Source: the human T2T-CHM13v2.0 reference genome, Homo sapiens | Strand: one strand, 5' to 3' | DNA length: 64,000 nt | NCBI RefSeq assembly: GCF_009914755.1 | Contig: NC_060932.1 | Part shown: one piece after another, positions 13,200-25,030 of the stretch | Position numbering within the stretch: the first letter of the stretch is position 1 | How the letters are laid out: each line of letters begins with the position of its first letter | Made by a program: the position numbers and the translations under genes | The notes under the pieces: generated by a model | The model's input: only the letters and a program-made list of their open reading frames with translations | The model's database searches: none | Told to the model about the DNA's origin: nothing

Positions 13200-13345
13200 T
13201 TCTAGTCTGGCCGACCCTAGGTTCAACACTCTATTATTCCAGACAAGCGATGAGCTCCTGTCGCTAAATTTCAACATCCCTGTCTGTCAAATGGGAATAA
13301 TAATGATTCTCTCATTGGGTGGCTGTGAGAGGTGAGTGAAACAAG
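13200..13345 (+). mobile_element. MIR
   Basis: CTAGGTTCAAC...CTGTCAAATGGGAATAATAATG core. Confidence 0.65.
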
Positions 13346-14301
13346 ACGGAAATTTGACCCAGGAAATATCTGTACCTCTTACTTTAAAGAACAGAATTAA
13401 AAAATAATAATAAATGATCAGAAATTAAGGTAGAATAGAGTGAACACTAATAGCGGGAAATAGCTAATTTGCAGGTGAGGTGGCTGAAAGGCTCCTACGC
13501 TTGAAGTGTTTGCTGGATGCACAGGAGATCTGGGATACATCCCGAACTCGGCAACAGGACCAGCTCCTTTCCTCAGGGTTACAGAACAGCCAGGTTCCAG
13601 TTCAGGTCTGGGAATCTACCCATCCAGAGTTTGCGCCCTTTTCGTTTTGCAATTTAAAACCGGGTTGGAGGGGGAAGGAGTGAAGGCAGCATGCGGAGAA
13701 AGTAAATTACAGTTCAGGTGACAGGAACAAGAAAATCTCCAAGGTCAGGGTGGGGTGTCAACGAATTATGCAAAACACTGCGGAATGAGGAGTCACAAAC
13801 GCCTTGCAAAGAATTCTGAATTTTAGAAGCTCTTTGCAGAACCCCCTTCAGCCCGCTCCAAGCTGCCTTGGGTCCCTTTCTAGGCTGTCAGACTTCGCCT
13901 TCCTTTCCTCCTTGTTTTTCCCAGCAACCAAAGCATCTGAAGAACATTTTTTTCCTCCGTAAATCTGAACAAATTTCCTTGCAGCTTTCCTTGCAGAAGC
14001 TTTTTTATCGCTTTAACAAAACTTTCCTCTGCTTCTCTAGGGAGAGCCTAGTATTAGAGCTGCCCGACAGGCGGGACCCCGAAATCGGGGCAGCTCTGGC
14101 TTAGTCCAGGCTATTCGAGTGGGCGCCTGAACTGGAGGCGCCGTCTCCACCGGGATGGGGATCCTAGTGCAGGCAGACGCCTGGCAGGACTCGGCGAGCT
14201 GGGGTCCCCACCGCGGTAGCCAGAGCAGAAACCCGAACCCCAGCCAGAGGGGCCGCGCGCGGGGAGGGGTGCGCGCTAAGCCAGCGTGGCTTCCGCAGGA
14301 G

Positions 14302-14311
14302 CTATTTTTAG
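14302..14311. promoter_or_regulatory. MEF2 consensus site CTATTTTTAG
   Basis: Exact match to YTA(A/T)4TAR; the only AT-rich patch in the proximal GC-rich promoter. Confidence 0.65.
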
Positions 14312-14320
14312 CGGTGCGTG

Positions 14321-14336
14321 CCTCCCCCCGCCCCCG
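14321..14336. promoter_or_regulatory. GC box (SP/KLF/EGR-type)
   Basis: CCTCCCCCCGCCCCCG about 45 bp upstream of the Inr-like CTCAGT. Confidence 0.6.
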
Positions 14337-14377
14337 GCGTGGTAGCCTCCGGCTCGCGGCGCCCCACGGCTCCTCTC

Positions 14378-14628
14378 AGTCTCCCCCGCCGCTGCCGGCT
14401 CTTGGTAGCTTCCACGCGGGCAGGTCCGGAAACTGAGCATGTCTGCAAGCGCTCAGCGGCGCCGGCAGCAGCGGGGCTAGAGCTGGGCTGCGTCAGGCTG
14501 AGCCCATTCACCTCGCGGCCACAGGAGCTCAGCGCCGGCGCCGCGCCGCCCAGCCCCGCCGAGAGGGGCGCACTCGCCGCCGCGGGGCCCGCCGCCGCTC
14601 ACCGCAGCCCCCTCCTGGCGACCCGCAA
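14378..14628 (+). other. LRRC8C: Non-coding first exon (5'UTR) of a long-intron gene; probably LRRC8C
   Basis: Seen: Inr-like CTCAGT (A at 14378), GC-rich leader, donor CAA|GTAAGT at 14628/14629, no long ATG ORF, and no coding exon downstream in the window. The gene name is my recollection of the leader sequence and of LRRC8C having a non-coding exon 1 and long intron 1; unverified. The TSS position is inferred. Confidence 0.55.
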
Positions 14629-14890
14629 GTAAGTTTGTGAGGCTGCTGGGCGTTAGGGCGAGGGCTTGGCGCCCGGGGGAGTCCAGGAGGGATAGCGAGA
14701 GGCGCGGCTGGCGCCCGGGAGAGCCGGCTGGCCTCTGCCCCCTGTGCCTGGCGCCTCTCCGAGCCACTTAGCCAATTTGAAAGCGGGTGGCCATTGGGAT
14801 GCTCGAGCGGGGACGACGGGCAGAGCAGGAGGGCAGAACTAGCTCCAGCGGGGGCCCAGAGGGCGGACTTGGGAAGAAGGAAAGACCGCG

Positions 14891-14930
14891 CGGCGAGGGA
14901 GGAGACCGGGCGGCGAGGGAGGAGACCGGG
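14891..14930. repeat. 20-bp perfect tandem duplication (CGGCGAGGGAGGAGACCGGG)x2 with degenerate flanking partial copies
   Basis: Read directly from the sequence. Confidence 0.9.
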
Positions 14931-15799
14931 CGGGGAGGCTGGGTTTGGGGCGCGGGAGCCCGGCCAGGGACAGCCGCAGAAGGAAAGTGGGGGTGTCGCC
15001 GGGGGATAGAGTGGGAGCAGCGTGAGAGCAGTGTTGGGGGCGCAGAGTGGAGGGCAAGCGTGTCTTGAACAGAACGGCAGGAGGATGGGTGGAAAGTGGG
15101 GCGCGTGGAAAGCGGATTTGGACGAGAGCAAAGGACGCCGGTGGAAGGGACAGTGGGCTCCGGAGGGGCGAGTGGATTCGGATAATTTGGGGAATCAGTA
15201 AAAGGCTAGGGGGCACATCATGATGGAGTCAGCCTGGAATCTGTCTCCCGCTAGAGTACCCGAGGCCACATGTTGGGAACTGGCTGGGGAAAGGATGGAT
15301 GTAGAAAGTGGCCTGGAGGGCCGACTGGAAAATCGCTGAGGGATTTGGGTGAAGAGGGGGGGAGCTGTGCAGTATCGGGCGGAGGAACTGGGCTGCTGGT
15401 AGGGCCTGAAAGGTTCAGGAGAGGGTTGGAGGCTTCCCCGTGCCGCCCCTTGAATAGTGATTTAGTACTGTTATCTGAGGTTCACTTTCACCCCTGGCTC
15501 CTCCTCCGTCTACTACCCGGCTTGGACGCACCTCGGCTCGCTGTAGGCGAGCTTGTAGGAGATTTAAATAGACATTAGGCAGTGGGGAAGGTAGTCGTTT
15601 ACGGGGGGAGCTGCTCGGGCTTCCGTTCAGTGGTTCCCGGCACGCTCAGGGTGCAGTGTAGGGTCTGAATGTGTGTATTGCGGGGGTAGGGGGAGTGGTG
15701 TCAGTTCTAGGCCACAGGAATTCGTGGTCTGGCCCCAGAGGTGCGGTGTTTTTGGCCGGGAAGTCAGGCAGAAGTCTGCAGCGTGCAACTCGCAGCGGG

Positions 15800-15835
15800 G
15801 CGTGTGTGTGCGTGTGTGCGCGCGCGTGTGCATGT
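15800..15835. repeat. Alternating purine-pyrimidine (GT/GC)n tract
   Basis: GCGTGTGTGTGCGTGTGTGCGCGCGCGTGTGCATGT. Confidence 0.9.
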
Positions 15836-17652
15836 TTCCGGCCCGGGGTCGCGTGTGTGGCTGCAGCCTGTCTCCGTGACAAGAAGATCCAGGGATCTAC
15901 GGGCGGCACGGGGAAGGGATTAAGGGGAACATACTTCCCTACGTCTTTTCTGCCTCCTTTTCCCAGGGTAGCATTCTTTGCTTATCCAATGATGCCTCTT
16001 TCTAACCTCTCCCTCTCCACTTACATCCCAAACCTGATGCGGGTCTTCTCTGATTCGGCACTCTAAGGAGGACTCAGCCGCCGGCTGCGACCACCGTGGA
16101 CTCCCTCTATGGAAGGGAATCCTGGGAGTCCCGGCCGTCAGAGGGGTTCCCAAATCCAAAGGGTCCATCTCCAAGGCGTCACTCCAGGGGTCCGCGGTTC
16201 ACTTTGCTGCCCCTTGCAGGTGATGCTGTGATTGTTGCCTGCGGACTGGGAAGCACGATGGCTCCAAAAGGCCAGCGGGGCCGAGAAGCAGGGACAGAGA
16301 CCAGCATTTAAGGGATCTCTGGTGGGGGCCTCCCTGGAGTTCTCCACATGTAAATATAGCGAAAAAAGAAAACACTACGTTACTAGAATAAACACGTCCT
16401 AAAATTTCTGTGCAAAAACACCTTTTTGAACAGCAAAGATTTCACCCACCAAAACAAGGAAGCAAGAAGCTTCCACAGTGTGCAGGATCCGAAACAGGAC
16501 CGGCCCGGCGTTGGGTGAGAGTGGGGGAGGGGTTGTCGGCTTCTCCATCCAGCTTGCCATGTTCTGTCGTCGGTTTCACATTTTCAGAGAGACTTTACCA
16601 GATGCAGGAAATGAGGATGAAGGCAACTCTGGAAGGATGCAAAGAAGGGAGAGCAAGCACTGTACCTACTGTCTGCTGTCTAAGAGGGCTGGTCTCATAA
16701 CTAAAAGGTCCAGTCCCTGAGATCTTGTGTGCAACCGTCAGAAATAGTCCAGGACATCAAATTGCACAGAGAAGATTCAGATGAAGGGAAACAAGAACTC
16801 TGTGGAAAACTGTTGGGGACAGTGGCACGAGTTGTCTTGCAAGGTGATGTCTGTCCCGTGGAGGGACACAAGAGCGAGGACAGCATGGTTCTAATGGCCA
16901 GGGCATGTCTTCTTATTCCATGTGACAGTGGCTGGCTGAGTTGCTAGTACGTTTTTGAAATATACCCTTTGAAATATGTTGATTATTCTGGACATCTGTA
17001 AGGTGGGAGATTTGAATAAAAAGACTTCTGCTGTCATTATTGGCTTTTATGGCTATGATTTTTTTCAGTCATTATTATAAATCATGTGAAGGTAAAATAA
17101 ATGATCATTTTAGCCATTCTGTTCTGCACAGAATGCTGTTCAAATAAAACATCATCTGATATGTTTGCCTGTATTGTTTTGTTTGGGGGTCACGGAAGAG
17201 GGAAAGTCGGCCAAATTGATTAGGGTATCATATAAAAGCAGAGATTAGGTCCGGGTAGATCTTTTGAGTGTGTGCAGGAAAAGGCTTCATTATAGAATGC
17301 TAAATTTAATGTGAGATGAGAGAATCTTTTACTCCCGATCTCCTGCATTTGAAATACAAAGGATTGTACCCTTGGGCTGGTTCCTGGTCCTTAAGTGGAA
17401 GCCTAACTGGACACTTTTTTTCTGGAGGATTGTTCCCTAAATCCTGGGAAGCTTTAGAAAATAGTCAATGGAATTTTTGTTGCCCTAAGATAAAGTCATT
17501 ACAAAGAAAAAAAAAAAAGAAGAAGAAGAAGAAAGTAAAGGTGGTGAAATGGCTTGAGGAGGCAGAATGAGAAATAGAGATGTCAGTCAAAGTGGAAGAA
17601 GAGAAATCACTTTCTCTCACTTTAGGGATAGATCTTGTTGATAGGCTTAGAG

Positions 17653-17859
17653 CAGTGATTCTCCACTGGGGGCAGTTTTACCCCCTAGGGGATACTGACA
17701 ATGTCTGGAGACATTTTTGGTTGTCACAACTTTGGGGGAGAGGTGCTGCTGGTGTCTTGTGGGCCAGGCCAGGGATGCTGTGAACATTCTACAATAAACT
17801 GGACAGCCTTCTGCAATTATCCAGCCCAAATGTCAGTAATGCTTAATTTGAGAAACTTG
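17653..17859 (+). mobile_element. MER20 (hAT-Charlie)
   Basis: CAGTGATTCTC...CAATGTCTGGAGACATTTTTGGTTGTCACAACT...CCCAAATGTCAGTA...TTGAGAAAC. Confidence 0.85.
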
Positions 17860-20699
17860 GCTTTCAATAAGATGTGCTTAACATTAAAAGCAACCCCTTT
17901 TAGGATACTTTCAAATATTCCTATTGGAAGTCCATCTTGAAAATCAAGAGTAGTTAATAAGAGACTTTCTTTGCAAAATGGTCCATATTCAAAAACACTT
18001 GTTTTAAGGAAATTAAAGAGGCTTCCTTTTGGCAGAACTGTTTTTCAGCCTTTAAAAAACAAACAAACAAAAAATCTTAAGACATATTGAGAATTTCTAA
18101 AAGGTGAATCATATGCATATGTGCATGTGAGCTAAGTAAACATTGTTTGATAAAACCAAATCAGAACTATTCTGCTGTACTAATTTCACTGAACTTGTTT
18201 GGTAATTGCTTTTTAAAAGCGATAATCTTAATTTTTAATTCAAATGAATTTAATTAAAATTACAACTTGTAAGTTCTTTATCAAGTGAGGGATTGAACAA
18301 TCAGAGAAAAATGTTAGACAAATATTTATTTGAAACACCCCAAAATATTCCAAAATGAAATCTTAGTATTTATAGGTATCTACATAGAAAGGTAAGAATG
18401 TCGTATAATTTTCTCGTATTGTATTTAATTTCCATTTGAAATCGACAGCATGGAGCGTATTGAGAAGCATCAAGCCTTTCGATTCCGTAGCACAATACGT
18501 TGCCTAGAAAGGAGGAACAATACCTTACACTCATAAATGTAATAAGATACTGTTCTAATATCCCCTGCATGCAGGAGCTCAGAGCACTTATTAGGTAAAA
18601 GCCTTGTCATTAGCACAATGAAGCCTAGTGAAACTAAAATTTGGTCGTTGTATCTACCCCCTCTTCTGTCTCACCATTCCACCCATTTTTGTTATTGGTT
18701 TGTTTCAGAATTCATTCTGAAGGTATCATCATTAGGGTTGCTTACTTCCTTTCTTGTTCTAATAACTATTCCAATCACCCTTACCTATTACTGTCCCTCA
18801 GGGATTTGTGTCGCAGCAGACTTGATACTCCTGCTAAGACTCTGGGGCACCCAGCAACGCCACCCCCCCCCCCCGACCCCGCCCTTTCTCCTGTGCATAC
18901 AAACACAAACAGCTCTTTTCTGCTTCTAGGTGGAATGGGGATTTGTACCTGTCTTGGAAAAAGGCAGTGGGGAGAGCCTTTGTTTTTCACAAAGGCAACC
19001 TCAGTTTCTCTGCTTCTATATTTACTGAATTGGTTTGTTCAATTGCATATTCTTGCTATTAGAGAGGCTTCCTCTTTCCCAAGGGAATAGTGAAAGACCT
19101 GAGGAAAAGATGACTTCAGTGTAAGCAACACTGGTACTGATAGAATGCACCTGTCATTGGACTACGTGAAAACCCAATAAATATGGTTTGAACCAGTGAT
19201 AATCATATTTGTAAATTCAATAAGCATTTGTAAACTCAGCAGTAGCAGGTTCTGTTCTAGACACTGGGACTCTTGCACTTGCAATACCCAGATATATCTC
19301 TAAAAGTATCTGTACAAAGAAACATAAGATGGGCATTCATTTTCATTGAATTTGGAGCAATTATAGAGATATTTCCCGATTGTTGAAAAGACTTCAGAAC
19401 ATAATTGGTGAGATGCAGAAGGCAGAAGAAATCATTAAAGGGAAAACAGTTACATGGATTTCTGTACAGCCTAGACAAGGAAGAAATGAGAAATTTGAGG
19501 TGAAAGGGGTCAGTTCTTGTCTCCCTTTTCCTTTCCTTAGCAAATGATTATTGATTTTGTTTGACATCTGAGCAAGGAGAGGTGGTTTCCTTCCCTGCAG
19601 ATACTTGTTGAATGGATGTGTGCCCTTTTGCACTTCTGATAGCCACAGTGGTAGAAGACAATGGGCTGGCTGGCACTGGTAGTTAGAGGAAGCAGAATTT
19701 CAAATCAGTTTTGTTCTAATGGTGTTTGCAGCAAAGGCTCTAACCACACACTTTCAAAGACTGAACATTCTGTGTCACTATTTTGGGGGGATTAATATAA
19801 AGACTACAGAACTGAGCATTTTTGTTATTTTGGGTACTAGGGAATACCTATGCTTTAAAGTATACTTGTTTGGAGAAACCATATTTATTTGGGGGAAAAG
19901 GAAATATTGATAAGATGGCAGCTCCATTTACCTAAAAACAAACTTGCTGCTTACTCTGGCATGTCAATTATTGTGCCAGCTGGAAGGAGGGTCATGTGAG
20001 AATTTTATCAAACACCTTATGTTGTTCTTGTTGAATTCAGGAGCAACAACAAACACACACACACACACAGAGCAAGATTTTGAAATTTATGCTGTAGCAA
20101 AGGCAAAGAGAATATCTTTTTTTAAAATTTCATTTTATCTTATAATTGTTAAAGATAAGTAATAGCAATGCAGGAAAAAGGCAACCTTGTTTGTGGAAGG
20201 TTTTACTTTTGTTTACAAATGCTTATTCATCTTAAGAAAAAAAATAGCCTGGAACATTTCCCCAGGCTTTCAGTCTTCTTTATAAATAGTGTATCTCTTC
20301 TATCTCTGGATTATTCATTATGTGATGCCGTTTGGAATCTGAATCCTGGGCTCAGATGGCTGATGTGGTTCCTTCTGATTTTGTGATTCAGAATTGTCTC
20401 TATCCTCCTAAAGAAGGTGAAAGAGACATGCTGTTTGTCATTGGGGGCACAGTAATAGGTGCAGGCTGTAGTCTGTTTTACAGAATTACATGCATGTTGC
20501 TTGACCTTGGTCTGGGACCCCACTGACCAAAACACTGAACTCAGCCTTCTGGATCATGAAGCCTGGTTTTTGCAATTTTGATTTGAACAACAGTGTTTTG
20601 ACCAGGTTTGACAATCAACTGATGTGTTTGGAAAAGACTGACTGATGAGCCAGAATACTAACCACCCATTTACAAGGAAAGAGGCACAGACATTTAGGG

Positions 20700-20830
20700 A
20701 AGATCAAGAGCTTTGCAGTCAAATCTGGCACTCCTGCTTAGTAGTTTGTGACTTTAGATGAGCTTAACTTTATGGAACTTTTATTTCTTCATCTTTAAAA
20801 TGAAGATAATTATGAAGTGATTTGCCTGAG
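20700..20830 (+). mobile_element. MIR
   Basis: GAGCTTTGCAGTCAAATCTGG...TTTCTTCATCTTTAAAATGAAGATAAT. Confidence 0.55.
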
Positions 20831-21489
20831 GTCAGTAGTCACTCTGCATCATTTCAGCTTAGTTTACAGTTTTCAAAATCTCCATCCAAACCTCTTTCTC
20901 AAGAGCATGCTTATTTTCTTGGTTAAATCCATGTTTCTTCTGTTTATTTAAAAATGCTCAAGAACCGATATTTAGCTCAAGAGCTTCTCCTTTCAGCTGT
21001 TAGATTCTGTTAGAGGCAAAAAAAAAAAAAAAAGTAACTGATGGGTCTCTAATTATGTTCAATTCAGGTATTCACCTAAATTGTCAAAAAGATTAAACGC
21101 CTTTTTATTTTTTCCTAATTGGGATGAAAATAAGTAGAGCTTTAGGTAAAGATTTCTAAAACCAAACAAAACCATATGCATAATGTCTTTCAACTAGGAT
21201 GTATTTTTTGATGATCAGAAAATTGAAGATTGGCCCTTGCTGATAATTCTGTTATTAAGTTTATAGATGTTTTTATACCAGTTTAGTGTTGTTGCCATTA
21301 TGGTTTATTGAAGCATTTCAGATTCAATAAAAATCTGAAAACCTGTTGTATGTTGTTCATTGTAAAATAAATAATGTATGTATTCTTATTTGTAATTTAT
21401 GGTGACTGATATGCATATGATCAATTGGAATAATGAAAGAGTTAAAATTGGAAACCAGAACAGATGGAAACTTTGAAAGAACATTCTCT

Positions 21490-21670
21490 TTAGCACCACC
21501 CAAGTTTGTATTCAAATCTCTGTTCCTCAGTTATTAGCTACAAAAAAATTGGGCAAATTACTTTCTACCTTACTACTTTTTAAGAATCATATCCACCGGA
21601 TTATAGGTTATGATTCCTGTGATGATTCGGTGACATAAGCAAGTAAAGATGCTAGCATGATGTCTGGCAC
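21490..21670 (+). mobile_element. MIR
   Basis: TTCAAATCTCTG...TTGGGCAAATTACTT...TGTCTGGCAC. Confidence 0.5.
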
Positions 21671-21739
21671 CCTCTTTGTCCTTGTACTCTGCTAATTCCA
21701 CCACACTTCAGCTGTGCCCTTGCAAGTGATCATTTATGC

Positions 21740-22260
21740 TTGAATTAGTTCCAACTGTTTTACTCTCAAGAATCATAAAGCCTGATCTCAAGTTTCTTGA
21801 GGAAAAAAAAGAGAGACATGATTCATGACTGTGTAAGTGGAGCCGGGAGCTCTATGTGACTCTAAGCAGGACCTGATTCAGGGCTCACACCCATGTGACC
21901 AGTTGCACTGCAGTTTCCATTGCAATTTCTTAGCTCCTCTTCCTTAATCTTGGCTATGTCCTTGACAGGCTTACTCTTCAGGGTTCTAAGATGGCTGCCA
22001 GAAGCTTTCAGAGCTTCATGTTCCCAGGTTCAAACCTAGTGAAGAGGACAGTCTCTTCCTGTACCTTTTACAGATGAAAGAGGAAGCTGCTGTTCCTAGA
22101 AATTCCAGCAAATATCCCTGGTCAGGTCAAGAGCCCTCCACCAGTCATAGTGGCTGGAAAGGTGGAATATACTGGTTGAGGAAGTGTGTTTTCCCATAGA
22201 AAATTGAGGGATTGCTGTTTGTATGCTGATTGTATGCTAGCACAATAAGAAGCCACCACA
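21740..22260 (-). mobile_element. MLT1 (old MaLR) LTR relic
   Basis: AAGATGGCTGCCAG and GATTCAGGGCTCA motifs resembling antisense MLT1J/K. Confidence 0.5.
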
Positions 22261-24514
22261 GCATTTATGTTACTGTTTGGCCCCAAAGAAAAATGTTAGA
22301 GCCATGGTTTTATTTCATCTGGGTCATGGTTAAAGTCTAGAGGATTCTTTCTGTACCATTACTGAATATGTGTTTCCAATGATTGATCTGAATTTTCAAG
22401 ATTAATGACAGCAGTGCCCATTAGCTCTCTTCCTTCAATATACATCATTAGACTGGCTGGGTACACACTAGAATTTATGTTTTGCTACAAACAACTGTTC
22501 AAGGAACAAATTAATATATTTTCTTACATTAGATACTAGGTAGTAGAATCACTGTTTTCTGATAAAAGTCAGGAGCTGTCATCATGTAAATTGTTAATCT
22601 AACATCCCGTGATTTATTCCTTTGTTCCTGGCTTACCTTACTAACCTCTGGTCCTTCATCTACATACCAAATTACACTTTACAGGAAGGCTACTAAGATT
22701 TATGTACAAACAAGTCTTAGTATCTACAAACATGGGCAACTAAAAAAAAAATCCAGAAAGGTTAACTTGTTAAATGTATATTAAAAAAAAAAATTCTACA
22801 TCATCCATTAGGGCTGTTGAATGCAGTCTCTTAAATGCAGTCATTTTCTAAGATAAAATGTGATCTTACTTTTTTAATTAACATATTAATGGACTAAGGA
22901 TGCTTTCTCTCATTTATTTTTCACCCTTTGCGTAGATCACAGTGACTGGATGTCATACATCACATATTAAGCAGAAGAATGTTAACAGCCATGATAAATG
23001 GCTTTGAGTGAAAAATATTTTCTTCTGTTTTCATTCATCCAATGGTTTAGTCACATAAATAAATGTAAGTGCCTTATTTTAAAATGTCTTAAAATGGGAA
23101 AATAAAATCACATATCTTTGCATTTTTAAAGTTAGTAGCTTTCAGGCTACTATAAAATGTAGTCTGCTTGTGGTAAGTATGTCAGTGTAGCAATTGGTTT
23201 TTCCATATGTAGTTTCCAACATGGGAGGTGGGGGAGATACTTTAGCACAATGCAGTTCAAAAATTAAAAACCACAGAAATGAACCAGACTTTCATTTTCT
23301 GTTATATCTATTTAGGTTCTTAAATTCTTAAGAAGACTAAAGAAGTTGAAAGGTATTCTTTCACACGACTAAAGTATCATTGAAGTGAGATTTTTACCTC
23401 TTTGCCAGCATGTTTTTAAATTTCCAATCAGCAGTTACATTGGTGGGTGTATAACAGAGAAAGCATAAAGTCATGTGAATGTTTCAGATACAGTTTTTAA
23501 TTATCTGAAATATGAAATGAACAACTAAGAAGAAAAAATTACCATTCTGGCATGGTAAAAATATTCTGTAATTTTAAGAAATACCTAGAGAGAAATCATT
23601 TTAACATAGCCTTTAAGGCATAGCTGTTGATTATATACTGTATTAAGAGTTTTGTGTTTGAGTATCATGCACACATTATGTTTGTTCCTAAATATTATGG
23701 GTAAGGTTTTCTTTGGTATTGCAGTTTTTAAATTATTTTTGCTGTCTAATGGGACTGAAAATAAAAGGTTTTTAGTAGCTTAATTAGAAACTATGCACTT
23801 TTAAAAAGTTTTCCATCAACTGCCTCTTCTGACTGAAGCACAGAGATTTGCAAAAACAGTAATAGATACATTATAGATAACTACATAGAAAAGCTCTGAA
23901 CTAATCATTTAGATTACTTTGTGGAAGGGAATGGAGTAAGGCTGAAATTTCACTGGAACTTACTAATAGTAGTAAGTCCAAATAAGGTAAATCTTAAAAC
24001 AAAACAGAACAAAACTCAAAGTTATGATGTTGTAACTTATCAGAGTTCCTTCACTGACTTCAATAGAAGTGTATTCTATTCAGATTAAGCAGAAAGGAAT
24101 CCATTGGATGGTTATGGAGGAGTTCATGGAATTGAAGGAAATTCTGAAGAGCAGGACCTTGGACAGGATAATATCCCAGTGCTGGAATGGATCAGCTCTA
24201 GCTATTTTCCATCATTGTGTCACTGTCCTCAAGACTCAGCATTTAGAAAGGACAGAGAGAGAGAGAGAGAGACAGAGTTTGGGGGAAGAATAGGCCATTT
24301 TGACCAATAGTCCTAAAGCATAATCTATAATCTGTTACTACTGGAAGAGGGGAATAAATGATAATGTGCCTGCTGGGCAGGCACATTAGACTGATGTCCA
24401 TTCAGGATGCAGAAACTTGTTTTAGTGATCATGAATTACTAGAAAGAGAAAAGGAAAACCAAAACCCTTGAGTGTATTATCTCAACAATGTCTATATGGT
24501 AAACAGAAATACTG

Positions 24515-24785
24515 TTTTCATTTCCTAAGGCTACATAACAAACTACCACAAACTGGGTAGCTTAAAACAACAGAAATGTATTCTCTCACAGTTCTAGAGG
24601 CTAGAAGTCTAAAGGTGTTGACACGGCCATTCGGGCTTTGGAGGCTGTATGGGGAAAATCTGCTTCATGCCTTTCTCTTAGCTTCTAGTTTTGCTGGCCG
24701 TCCCTGGCATTTGTTGGTTTATAGACTCATCACACCACCAGTCTCCATCTTCATCATCTCATGGCTTTCTCCTCTGTGTCTCTGA
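24515..24785 (-). mobile_element. MLT1B/C/D-type LTR, truncated
   Basis: ATAACAAACTACCACAAACTGGGTAGCTTAAAACAACAGAAATGTATTCTCTCACAGTTCTAGAGGCTAGAAGTC. Confidence 0.8.
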
Positions 24786-24787
24786 CT

Positions 24788-25030
24788 CAAATTCATAGAG
24801 ACAGAAAGTAGAATGGTGGTTGCAAGGGGATGGGTGATGGGGGCATAGGGAGTCAGTGTTTAATGGGTACAGAGTTTCAGTCTGAAAGGTGAAAAGACTA
24901 CTGGAGATGGGTGGTGGTGATGGTTGCACAACGGTTTGAAGGTACTGGATGTCACTGAAGTGTGCACTTAAAAACGGTTCACATGGTAAATGTAATATCG
25001 TGTATTTTACCACAATTAAAAAAAATTAAA
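24788..25030 (+). mobile_element. L1MB 3' end
   Basis: AATTCATAGAGACAGAAAGTAGAATGGTGGTTG...GGTGATGGTTGCACAAC...TATTTTACCACAATT plus A tail. Confidence 0.85.

Larger units (their letters stand above)
14050..16300. promoter_or_regulatory. CpG island promoter spanning exon 1 and the start of intron 1
   Basis: Abrupt switch to very high GC with dense CpG/CGCG in otherwise CpG-depleted DNA. Confidence 0.95.

Noticed and set aside
14155-16347. Many overlapping 60-200 aa ORFs in the CpG island
   Set aside because: Stop-codon scarcity in GC-rich DNA; Pro/Arg/Gly/Ala low complexity, mostly non-ATG starts, crossing the splice donor.
17500-17545. A/GAA polypurine run giving a poly-Lys ORF
   Set aside because: Short simple repeat; too short to argue for H-DNA function.
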